32,000 nt of DNA. Source: Pyrobaculum calidifontis JCM 11548 (GTDB lineage: Archaea > Thermoproteota > Thermoprotei > Thermoproteales > Thermoproteaceae). Below, piece by piece: positions 24,951-32,000 of the stretch. Location of the stretch: the NCBI RefSeq assembly GCF_000015805.1, contig NC_009073.1:1505762-1537761 (forward strand), written 5' to 3'. The position numbers were made by a program, and so were the translations under genes. The notes beneath the pieces were generated by a model, which saw only the letters and a list, made by a program, of their open reading frames with translations, searched no databases and was not told the origin of the DNA. Within the stretch, counting starts at the first letter, position 1, and each line of letters opens with the position of its first letter.

Positions 24951-26080
24951 AGCTGAAGTATCTCAATAGGCCGCAACTTTGCCACTCTATACAGCGGCGA
25001 GGCGGCCCCCGCTAATGCTACTGCTAGAGAGGCTGACAGGGCTAGGGCGATGTAGCGGAGCTTGAACTCTATGGGGACGTCGAAGTTGACGCCCATACCT
25101 ATCAAAATTTGTTTGACAAGCGTGGCGCCGTAGAAGCCCAGCGCCGCGCCGGCGATCCCGGCGGCCACGCTTAGCAACGCCACTTCCACAGCCACGGACA
25201 CGACGATGTCGGAAGACGAAATGCCCACGGCCTTGAGCAAGCCGAATTCCCTAAGCCTCTCCCTGGCAGTGATAGACATGACGGCGAAGGTCGTCACGGC
25301 GGCTGTGGCAAGCGCCGCGGCGCTTATCACAGTGAAGACGAAGTTCAAAGCGTTGAAGACCTGGGATACTGTATTCAACAGAGCCTCTTGGGTATACACC
25401 TGGGCATCTCGGAACGTCTCTTTCAGCGTCTTGTAAAAAGGCGTTACATACCCCTTGTCTCTGAGCGTTATCAAGACGGCGTTGACGAAGGGGCCAGCCC
25501 CCAGCTCTTCCTGAAGCCAGTCAAGGGGAACCACCACCAGATTTAGCCTAAAGGCGCCTATGAAGCCCCTTAAGAAGCTCCTCATAACACCCACCACCTT
25601 AACCGTGACTGTCCTCTCCCCGCCCAAGGCGCCTGAGTACACCTTAATCGTGATAGTGTCGCCGGGCCGCGCGGCGAGTGACTCTTCTACAACGGCCTCG
25701 CCCCCCGAGGAGGGGAGTCTCCCCTCCTTTAAGTCAATGGCGAAGTAGTCGACGTCTCTAAGAGGTATCCCCACGATAGATACCACTTGCCCATTCACAA
25801 CGCCGGTGGTAATTATGATCCCCTCTGCCCCACTTACGGCGGGGTTACGCTGGAGCAAGTCCACAAGCCGCTGTGGGATATTTATAGAGTCTGAATACAT
25901 CATAATATCGGCTGGGTAGACTTTGTAAAGCGTCTGCTCCACGTAGGCCCTCGTGGCGTCGCTGACGGCGGTTAAGGCCACCAGCAACGCTACGCCGACG
26001 CCTATGGCGACTGCTGTCAACAAATATCGCAAGGCCCTCGACTTCAAGTCTCCTAAGGCGAGCATCAGTACGTGGTCCAC
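24941..26080 (-). CDS. ABC transporter permease, FtsX/MacB-type (4 TM with large extracytoplasmic domain)
   Basis: TM1 (RYLLTAVAIGVGVALLV), then an extracytoplasmic domain of about 220 aa, then an FtsX-domain core (ITARERLREFGLLKAVGISSSDIV) and the C-terminal LYRVAKLRPIEIL. The start is ambiguous: GTG 26080 by TATA spacing, ATG 26065, or track GTG 26125. 10-nt overlap with the ATPase gene. Confidence 0.85.
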   Translation of the reverse strand: MDHVLMLALGDLKSRALRYLLTAVAIGVGVALLVALTAVSDATRAYVEQTLYKVYPADIMMYSDSINIPQRLVDLLQRNPAVSGAEGIIITTGVVNGQVVSIVGIPLRDVDYFAIDLKEGRLPSSGGEAVVEESLAARPGDTITIKVYSGALGGERTVTVKVVGVMRSFLRGFIGAFRLNLVVVPLDWLQEELGAGPFVNAVLITLRDKGYVTPFYKTLKETFRDAQVYTQEALLNTVSQVFNALNFVFTVISAAALATAAVTTFAVMSITARERLREFGLLKAVGISSSDIVVSVAVEVALLSVAAGIAGAALGFYGATLVKQILIGMGVNFDVPIEFKLRYIALALSASLAVALAGAASPLYRVAKLRPIEILQLWR

Positions 26081-26098
26081 GGCCTCTACGCCGCATCC

Positions 26099-26108
26099 TT
26101 TTATATAC
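26099..26108. promoter_or_regulatory. Single TATA box (ttttatatac) shared by the divergent ABC operon and MMPL gene
   Basis: Centred about 24 nt from GTG 26080 (-) and about 22 nt from GTG 26126 (+). It is the only A/T block in the 45-nt spacer. Confidence 0.45.
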
Positions 26109-26125
26109 TTGTCTAATGCCCCCAC

Positions 26126-28738
26126 GTGAAGAGGACGGTGGCGGCCGCTGTAGCTCTCCTAATCTTGTACGTATACTTAGCGCTCCACTCGCCCAATGTA
26201 TTTAGCGTGCTGGTATACGATGAGTCTAAGCTTACGCCTCCCGACGTAGAGCCAAAGCTAGTAGACTCCATAGTCAAGCAGAAGAACGGCAGCGGAGTGA
26301 ACACCGTGCCGGTGGTCATATTCGGCCCCTTCCTTGAGGACAAGGCGAGGAATTTGACAAAGCTGTTCCCTAATTCAACAACCCCGTGGACTATTTTAGA
26401 TAAGGCACTGGACATCTACTGGCGACGCATAAAGGCCACCGTTGAAAACGCCACTGTGGCGTTTAGAGACGTAGCCGTGGCCGTGGCAAACGCCACAGGA
26501 GAGACGTGTAGCGAATTGAAGAAGCTCGTGCAGGGGTACACAGAGGCGAGGGAGAGGGCTAGGGAGCTCCTCTTAGCCACATACGGAGTCGCGGCGCTGG
26601 GGAAAGCTGTGGACAACAAGACGGAGGAGTTCCTCAAGAAGTACAGGGAGTATGTGGCAGTCTACGACGTGGACGTGGCGGTGAGATTAGCAGCAGAGGA
26701 GGTCTACGGCGTCAACGCGTCGCGGCTCTTGGCAAATGTCACGTGGAGGACGTGGGCCTCTGAGGGCGCCGTGGAGAACGTGACAGAGGCCATTTTATCC
26801 ACAGCCTTGAACAAAACGTTGATACAACTGGCGCGGGAAGTCGCAACTGTAGGCGTGGAGAAATACGTCTATGTATCCACAGTGAATAAGGCCCCGCCTG
26901 TTTTGCGCCCCTACCTGTCCTACCTCGTGTGTAACGGCGATGTGGACCGCGCCGTCGAGCTCTTTAGAGCCGACTTGCTGAGGAATATAACGGCGCAGTA
27001 TCCGCCCCCCACTTTGGACACGCAGAAGCTCGCGTCCCAGCTGGTGTACAGGGGGAAGTACGCGCTTGCCTTTGTCAAAGCCACTGAAGATAAGCCGGTT
27101 ATACCCCTGGCGCTGGGCGTGCCTGTCTCTATGGCGTACATAATGGACAGCTTTAGAGAAATTGTGACACAAGACGTCTCCTCAATAGACAAAACCACCG
27201 CAACGTCTCTGCTTGTGGTACTTCTGGCGGTTATGGGGACGCTTGCGGCCCCCCTCGTAATAGTGTCCACCGTTGGCCTCACGTACCTCGCCGTCTTGGG
27301 ATTCCTAGAGCAGATAAGCAGCTTCCAAGGCATATACTACCTCGTCGTCTACATGGCGGCCCCCGTGGTCTTCGCCATAGGAGTAGACTACATGCTCCTC
27401 ATGACTAGCCGCTATGGGGAAGAGAGGGCTACTGGCAAAAGCAAGAGGGAGGCCATCGACGTCGTGGTTAAATACGCCAGGAGGGCCATAGCGGCTAGCG
27501 CCGCGGTGGTGGCCACATCGCTTGGCTCATTCGCCCTCTCCACTCTCCCATTTATGCAGTCCATAGGAATAGGCTATATAATCACCACGGCGTTTGTCGT
27601 AGCCTCCGTCTTCGTAGTTTTTCCCGCCATCTTGTATGTCCTGGGCGATAAGATCTTCTGGCCTAGGAAAAAGGTCGTTGGACACACAGGCAGGTCCAGG
27701 CTGATGGCCAAGGCGGTGGACCTCGCGTTGAGAAGGCCCCTCGCCGTAGCCGCCGTAGCGCTGGCCGCCACGCTAGTCTCCTTCATATTTCTAACAACGA
27801 CTCTAAAGATCACAACCGACCCAGTTGTGGCAATGCCAGAGACGCAGCACAAGAAGGCCCTAGAGATTGCCACCAAATACTTTTCTAACATCACGGCGAT
27901 TTCTACCACGTATGTAGTAATGAGGGAGCCTCCGCCGCCGCAAGTTCTGGCAACCGTGGAGGGGCTACCTCACTACGTTAACCATACTGTGGAAAAGATC
28001 GGCGATTGGTATGTAATCAATGTAAGGCTCTCTGTGGAAGACACATCTGACGAACTGTTGAAGGTGTATCAGCTCTTGAAGCCGCTTAAGGATCAATACG
28101 GCGCATTAATTGGCGGAGCCGCCTCTTGGAAGAACGTGGTATTCAACGAGATTTACGTCCGATTTTGGAACTTCCAAGTGTACGTGGTAATAGTGGCGGT
28201 TTTCGTAATACTCGCCGTGTTGTTGAAAAGCTTCCTAATCCCCCTCCGGCTGATAGCCACAGTGCTTATGTCTATAGCGTGGAGCCTCGCGCTGGAGGTG
28301 CTCCTCTTCCAAGAACTCGCAGGACAGCCCACATACTGGCTCGTGCCCATAATCCTCTTCGCCTTTTTAATGGCCGTGGGGACAGACTACGACATTTTCA
28401 TTATTGCGAGGATAAGAGAAGAGCTTGAGAAGGGGCTCGGCGAGAGGGAGGCGATAAAAAGGGCCATCGTCACCACAGGGCCCGTGATAACGGGCGCCGC
28501 CTTGATCTTGGCCACGGCCTTCTCCACCCTGCTCCTATCTCAGCTCACTCTGCTGAGGCAGGTGGGCTTCACCATAGCCTTCGCGGCGCTGGTAGACGCC
28601 TTCGTCATAAGGCCCCTCGTCGTGCCAGCCCTCATCGTGCTGGCGGGCAAGTACAACTGGCTGTGGGTCACGGGCTACAGCGTCAAAGTTATAAACCCAG
28701 AGCTCGGCGGAGGCCGTGGACCTAGTCCTCTTGATTAA
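26126..28738 (+). CDS. MMPL/RND-superfamily exporter (12 TM) with enlarged glycosylated first ectodomain
   Basis: 870 aa with two MMPL-type TM bundles carrying GVDYMLLMTSRYGEE and GTDYDIFIIARIREE motifs. TM1 is followed by a loop of about 320 aa that is largely helical, with at least 11 N-x-S/T sequons. The second loop is shorter (about 130 aa). Confidence 0.85.
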   Translation: MKRTVAAAVALLILYVYLALHSPNVFSVLVYDESKLTPPDVEPKLVDSIVKQKNGSGVNTVPVVIFGPFLEDKARNLTKLFPNSTTPWTILDKALDIYWRRIKATVENATVAFRDVAVAVANATGETCSELKKLVQGYTEARERARELLLATYGVAALGKAVDNKTEEFLKKYREYVAVYDVDVAVRLAAEEVYGVNASRLLANVTWRTWASEGAVENVTEAILSTALNKTLIQLAREVATVGVEKYVYVSTVNKAPPVLRPYLSYLVCNGDVDRAVELFRADLLRNITAQYPPPTLDTQKLASQLVYRGKYALAFVKATEDKPVIPLALGVPVSMAYIMDSFREIVTQDVSSIDKTTATSLLVVLLAVMGTLAAPLVIVSTVGLTYLAVLGFLEQISSFQGIYYLVVYMAAPVVFAIGVDYMLLMTSRYGEERATGKSKREAIDVVVKYARRAIAASAAVVATSLGSFALSTLPFMQSIGIGYIITTAFVVASVFVVFPAILYVLGDKIFWPRKKVVGHTGRSRLMAKAVDLALRRPLAVAAVALAATLVSFIFLTTTLKITTDPVVAMPETQHKKALEIATKYFSNITAISTTYVVMREPPPPQVLATVEGLPHYVNHTVEKIGDWYVINVRLSVEDTSDELLKVYQLLKPLKDQYGALIGGAASWKNVVFNEIYVRFWNFQVYVVIVAVFVILAVLLKSFLIPLRLIATVLMSIAWSLALEVLLFQELAGQPTYWLVPIILFAFLMAVGTDYDIFIIARIREELEKGLGEREAIKRAIVTTGPVITGAALILATAFSTLLLSQLTLLRQVGFTIAFAALVDAFVIRPLVVPALIVLAGKYNWLWVTGYSVKVINPELGGGRGPSPLD

Positions 28739-28895
28739 GGAGCTGGGGGGAGAGGCCGACCTAGAGACAATAGCCGAGGCCGCGTGGAAGAGGGGCATAC
28801 CGCCGCCAGTGGCGACGAGGAGGTTGATGAGACTAGTGGAGAAGGGGGTGGTGGAGGTGGTCTGCGACGTAGGCGTGCGGTACCGCGTTAGATGA
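28716..28895 (+). CDS. Mini winged-helix (wHTH) protein candidate, 59 aa; absent from ORF track
   Basis: GTG 28716 to TGA 28893-28895: (M)DLVLLIKELGGEADLETIAEAAWKRGIPPPVATRRLMRLVEKGVVEVVCDVGVRYRVR, a helix-helix-helix-wing pattern. TATA-like gttataaa (28688-28695) lies 24 nt upstream. It overlaps the MMPL 3' end by 23 nt, and its stop overlaps the downstream ATG (ATGA). Confidence 0.5.
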   Translation: MDLVLLIKELGGEADLETIAEAAWKRGIPPPVATRRLMRLVEKGVVEVVCDVGVRYRVR

Positions 28896-29497
28896 ACGTA
28901 ATCACAAGCTTCTGGGGCCTCTTGGCACAGCCGGTGGACTTCTGGGAGGAGCTAAAGGCTACGGTGGGCAACGACGGCGCCGTGGAGCAAGTGAGAGTCG
29001 TCGTGGAGGAGATCAGGGCCACCGGGGTGGAAGTGCCACTACGGTCTGTAATAAGCGCAGTGGCACACATGGCGGGCTTGGAGGCAAGGGAGATGTGGAA
29101 TAGGTATGTGGCCCAAGTGTCGGGCAAGATCAGGGAGACACCTTGCGCCGTGGAGTTTATCAAGTGGGCCTCCAGCGCGGGAAAAGTGGCGATACTCTCT
29201 AACACGCCCTGCAAATGCTTCATCACGGCCTTCTTAGAGGCCCACGGCTTGAGGGTGAACCTCGTGCTCACCTCAGACGTCTTGCTTAAGAGAAAGCCCC
29301 TCAAGTCGGTGTTTAAGTACGCGCTGAGGCGTCTGGGAGCCGAGGCGCGCGACACCGTGTACGTGGGCGACAGCGAGGAGGACCTAGGCGCAATGGCCCT
29401 GGGAATGTTGACCATAATCGTGGGCAAAGAGGGCGGACACGTCAGCTTTAACGACCTCTGCCAGGCGAAGAGCTGGCTTGAGCAGATTTTTAAGTAG
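28892..29497 (+). CDS. HAD-superfamily hydrolase-like protein lacking the motif-I aspartates
   Basis: HAD motifs II (VAILSNTP), III (KRKP) and IV (VYVGDSEEDLGAMALGM) are present. Motif I reads VITSFWGLL where hhhDxDGTL is expected. An in-frame TAG directly precedes the ATG, so no N-terminal extension is possible. Confidence 0.75.
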   Translation: MNVITSFWGLLAQPVDFWEELKATVGNDGAVEQVRVVVEEIRATGVEVPLRSVISAVAHMAGLEAREMWNRYVAQVSGKIRETPCAVEFIKWASSAGKVAILSNTPCKCFITAFLEAHGLRVNLVLTSDVLLKRKPLKSVFKYALRRLGAEARDTVYVGDSEEDLGAMALGMLTIIVGKEGGHVSFNDLCQAKSWLEQIFK

Positions 29498-29513
29498 AAA
29501 CGAGAGACGGGCC

Positions 29514-29729
29514 GTGATCGTCTGCCCCAGATGCGGACTGCCGGAGTGGGAGGCGCTACCCCCGCCTCACACATATCGTCATAAGGGGCCAGAGAACACC
29601 ATCATGATTGCACGCTGCAAAAACTGCGGCATTATCTTCTACATATTCAGAACGTCGCTGGAAACCTTTACCCTAGAGATTGAGAAGGCTGAGAGAAAGC
29701 ACGGCACCATACCCCACATTAACCTGTGA
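29514..29729 (+). CDS. Zinc-ribbon protein (71 aa), coupled to ncs6/ttuA
   Basis: CPRC...CKNC pairs. GTG 29514 lies 24 nt downstream of TATA atttttaa (29486-29493). The track uses TTG 29478, which overlaps the HAD gene. GTGA overlap with the downstream gene. Confidence 0.5.
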   Translation: MIVCPRCGLPEWEALPPPHTYRHKGPENTIMIARCKNCGIIFYIFRTSLETFTLEIEKAERKHGTIPHINL

Positions 29730-30709
29730 CGGCGCTCTGCGACCGGTGTGGAAAAAGGCCGGCGCAGTATCTCAGGCAGGTAAGCGGAGAAAAACTATGT
29801 CTTAAGTGTCTCTTCGCGTCAATAGAAAATAAGGTAGTGGAGACAATCAGGAAAGAGTGGCTTATAGTCCCAGGCGACTATGTGGCAGTGGCGGTGTCCG
29901 GGGGGAAGGACTCCCTAGTACTGCTCTATATACTGGGGAAGTTGAGGGAGAGAGGTGCCTTGAGGGGAGTGAGGCTTGAGGCCTTTACAATAAACGAGGG
30001 GCATCCCTACAGTTGCTTCTATAGGATGTCTAGAAGGGACTACGTGAGAGAGCTGGCGGAGAAATTCGGCGTTGAGTACAACGTGTACCACTTCAAGGAC
30101 ATTTTTGGCGTAACCGCGATGGAGCTCTCGGAGAGGTTGGCCAAGGCTGGGCACGAGGTACATATGTGTACAATAGACGGCGTGTTGAGGCGGAGGGCTA
30201 TGAACATAATAGGGAAAAGGAGGGGCTGGACGAAGATAGCCACTGCCCACAACTTAGACGACGAGGCGCAGACCGTCATGTTAAACGTGTTGATGGGCAA
30301 CTTGGGGCGGTTCGCCTGGTTTGGCCTCTACGAAGACGCAGAGGAGAAAGACCTCGTGCCTCGGATAAAGCCGCTGAAGTACATCAGAGAGGAGGAGATA
30401 GCCCTATACGCCTACTACCACGGCATCCCGCTTATGGAGCTAGAGTGCCCCTACGTAGTGGCCAACCCCAGGTACGACTTGAAATTTACTTTGGCCGGGC
30501 TTGAGAGAGAGATGCCGTCGGTCAAATACAACCTAGTCTCCTTCGGCGAGAGACTTGCAAAACTCCTCCGCGCCGCGCAGCCCGGCGCCGTGGTTAAGAG
30601 GTGTAAATACTGCGGCGCCCCCTCGGCCCGTGATGTTTGTAGGACTTGTGAACTGTTTGAAAAAGCGGGGCTCCTCGACGTCTATTTGGCAAAGGTGGCG
30701 CAGGGCTAG
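29726..30709 (+). CDS. tRNA 2-thiolation PP-loop ATPase (Ncs6/Ctu1/TtuA family)
   Basis: PP-loop AVSGGKDSLVLL. N-terminal CDRC...CLKC and C-terminal CKYC...CRTC zinc fingers. Central CPY motif. This is the architecture of TtuA/Ncs6. Confidence 0.85.
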   Translation: MTALCDRCGKRPAQYLRQVSGEKLCLKCLFASIENKVVETIRKEWLIVPGDYVAVAVSGGKDSLVLLYILGKLRERGALRGVRLEAFTINEGHPYSCFYRMSRRDYVRELAEKFGVEYNVYHFKDIFGVTAMELSERLAKAGHEVHMCTIDGVLRRRAMNIIGKRRGWTKIATAHNLDDEAQTVMLNVLMGNLGRFAWFGLYEDAEEKDLVPRIKPLKYIREEEIALYAYYHGIPLMELECPYVVANPRYDLKFTLAGLEREMPSVKYNLVSFGERLAKLLRAAQPGAVVKRCKYCGAPSARDVCRTCELFEKAGLLDVYLAKVAQG

Positions 30710-31359
30710 GCCTCAATTCTTATACACGCGCCTTCTTCCACAATTCTGTACTGGACCCCCAGCTCCCTCAGCAACGCGTCGATGTACCTCCTAGCGACCG
30801 TCTGCGCCAAGTTGCACAACGTTGCCGTGAGTCTGCCGCCGGCCACCGTGGTCTCTTTCACGGCGGCTAAGCCCCTTAATTGTACAATGTACAAGGCCTC
30901 TTCAAGCGTCACGGCGTCTATGCTGGGGGCGAGCTCTCTCACGGTTTTTACATCTCTTTTCGCGATCTCTTCGGCAAGTCTTGAGACGTCGTGGAAGTAC
31001 GGCACAAACTCCTTCTCCAGCGCCACGGCTGGACTTCCATTTATGACGTGTGTAATCCACCTGGGCACAAAAATCTGCGCATTTGAAACCCTATACTTGA
31101 CCCTTTTTACAAAGGCAAACATCTCCAGTTGCTTTAATATTTCCCTAATCTGCTCCTCTGTCGCTGTGGATAAGTCGACTATGAAGTGGAGATTTCTACG
31201 GGGGCCGTCAATGGCTATGTTAACAATGTTTACATCGTGCTCGGCAAAGATGTTGGAAAGAGCAGACAAAATGCCGGGCTGGTCGAAGTTCAACTCGACG
31301 AGGAATTCACCCAGCCTGTTGCCTTGTCCAGCTATGAGATAAATCTCACGGTTAAGCAT
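30706..31359 (-). CDS. ACT-domain protein with uncharacterised C-terminal domain
   Basis: Preferred start is ATG 31359 (MLNREIYLIAGQG...), with TATA tttaaata (plus ~31378-31388) 24 nt upstream. ACT-like segment FLVELNFDQPGILSALSNIFAEHDVNIVNIAIDG...HFIVDLS. The track extension to 31554 overlaps valS. Confidence 0.65.
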   Translation of the reverse strand: MLNREIYLIAGQGNRLGEFLVELNFDQPGILSALSNIFAEHDVNIVNIAIDGPRRNLHFIVDLSTATEEQIREILKQLEMFAFVKRVKYRVSNAQIFVPRWITHVINGSPAVALEKEFVPYFHDVSRLAEEIAKRDVKTVRELAPSIDAVTLEEALYIVQLRGLAAVKETTVAGGRLTATLCNLAQTVARRYIDALLRELGVQYRIVEEGACIRIEA

Positions 31360-31429
31360 CAGTGGGGAACCTGGGGCATATTTAAAACTTTGCAGTTTCA
31401 ACAAATTAAAAAACTGTGAATATGCCGCC

Positions 31430-32000
31430 GTGGTCTCCAAATTGCCCACTAGGTGGGACATACGTTGGGAGGAGGAGCTAATAGCCACATGGGAGAAAGA
31501 GGGGCGCTTCAAGACCAAGGTTAGGGGGGATAGGCCGGTGTTTGTAATAGACACGCCGCCGCCCTATCTGTCTAGCAATAGACCCCACATAGGCCAGACG
31601 GCGTCGTACGCCCACTTCGACATGATTGCGAGATTTCTCAGAATGAGGGGAGTCGACGTGGTTTTCCCCTTCTACCTCGACAGAAACGGCCTCCCCATAG
31701 AGGTGCAGGTGGAGAAGAAGTACGGCATCGTCGCGCATGAAGTGCCCAGGGAGCAGTTCATAAAGCTGTGTAAAGAGGAGCTGGACCGCTACGAGGGCGA
31801 GTTTGTCTCGTCGCTTAGGAGGTGGGGCCTCTCCTTCGACTACTGGCCGCAGGGGACCGACAGCCCGGAGTACCGGAGGATGACGCAGAAGACCTTCATA
31901 GATCTGTGGCACAGGGGGTTGGTGTACGAGGCGGAGCGGCCTACCCCCTGGTGTCCACGTTGCCGCACCGCCCTAGCCGAGCCGGAGATAGAGTACAAGG
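31430..32000 (+). CDS. valS: Valyl-tRNA synthetase, N-terminal fragment (continues off the right edge)
   Basis: Translation from GTG 31430: (M)VSKLPTRWDIRWEEELIATWEKEGRFK...FVIDTPPPYLSSNRPHIGQTASYAHFDMIARFLRMRGVDVVFPFYLDRNGLPIEVQVEKKYG...PWCPRCRTALAEPEIEY. This matches the archaeal ValRS N-terminus pattern IDTPPP..SG.LH.GH...D.IAR..RM.G..V.FP.G.D..GLP.E..VEK. TATA aaattaaaaaac lies about 22 nt upstream. Confidence 0.8.
   Translation, partial: MVSKLPTRWDIRWEEELIATWEKEGRFKTKVRGDRPVFVIDTPPPYLSSNRPHIGQTASYAHFDMIARFLRMRGVDVVFPFYLDRNGLPIEVQVEKKYGIVAHEVPREQFIKLCKEELDRYEGEFVSSLRRWGLSFDYWPQGTDSPEYRRMTQKTFIDLWHRGLVYEAERPTPWCPRCRTALAEPEIEYK

Noticed and set aside
28888-29574. 228-aa minus-strand ORF overlapping the HAD-like gene
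   Set aside because: The plus strand shows HAD motifs II-IV and stop/start coupling to its neighbours. The minus-strand product is Ser/Thr/Ala/Pro-rich with no recognisable motif.
30782-31342. 186-aa plus-strand ORF antisense to the ACT-domain gene
   Set aside because: The composition is Ser/Thr/Cys/Ala-rich low complexity. The minus-strand frame has an ACT-like domain and a properly spaced TATA.
31360-31554. N-terminal 65-codon extension of the ACT-domain ORF
   Set aside because: It would overlap the valS start and promoter. ATG 31359 has a TATA 24 nt upstream.

Overview
GC-rich crenarchaeal chromosome segment with Thermoproteales/Pyrobaculum hallmarks: frequent GTG/TTG starts, 4-nt stop/start overlaps, and an A/T-rich TATA box centred about 22-25 nt upstream of most start codons, which implies leaderless mRNAs. 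The crenactin protein looks like the P. calidifontis one as I remember it. I support about 36 protein genes and one C/D-box sRNA. I found no rRNA, tRNA, CRISPR array, integrase or transposase. Left to right: (1) an extracellular starch/maltodextrin locus with a membrane-anchored GH57 amylopullulanase-like enzyme, a MalE-like binding protein and two permeases, but no ATPase gene; (2) housekeeping genes: FAD oxidoreductase, an NMN adenylyltransferase-RpoP operon, agmatinase, CDF transporter, GlyRS, tRNA-splicing endonuclease, Hsp20, nitroreductase; (3) at the window centre, the complete actin-type cytoskeleton ('arcade') cluster: arcadin-1, crenactin, arcadin-2, a short arcadin-3 candidate ORF missing from the ORF track, and the Rad50/SMC-like arcadin-4 with a CPIC zinc hook; (4) a TrmB regulator divergent from a multi-cluster radical-SAM enzyme (candidate tetraether-lipid-synthase family) with a perfect palindrome between them; (5) a MacB/FtsX-type ABC operon ending in a 600-aa heavily sequon-decorated heptad-repeat surface protein, sharing one TATA box with a divergent MMPL/RND exporter; (6) a mini winged-helix ORF coupled to a HAD-like protein lacking both catalytic aspartates, a Zn-ribbon ORF coupled to Ncs6/TtuA, an ACT-domain protein and the 5' end of ValRS. 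Best candidates for new biology: the ABC + coiled-coil ectoprotein module, the arcadin genes of unknown mechanism, and the unannotated small genes/sRNA.
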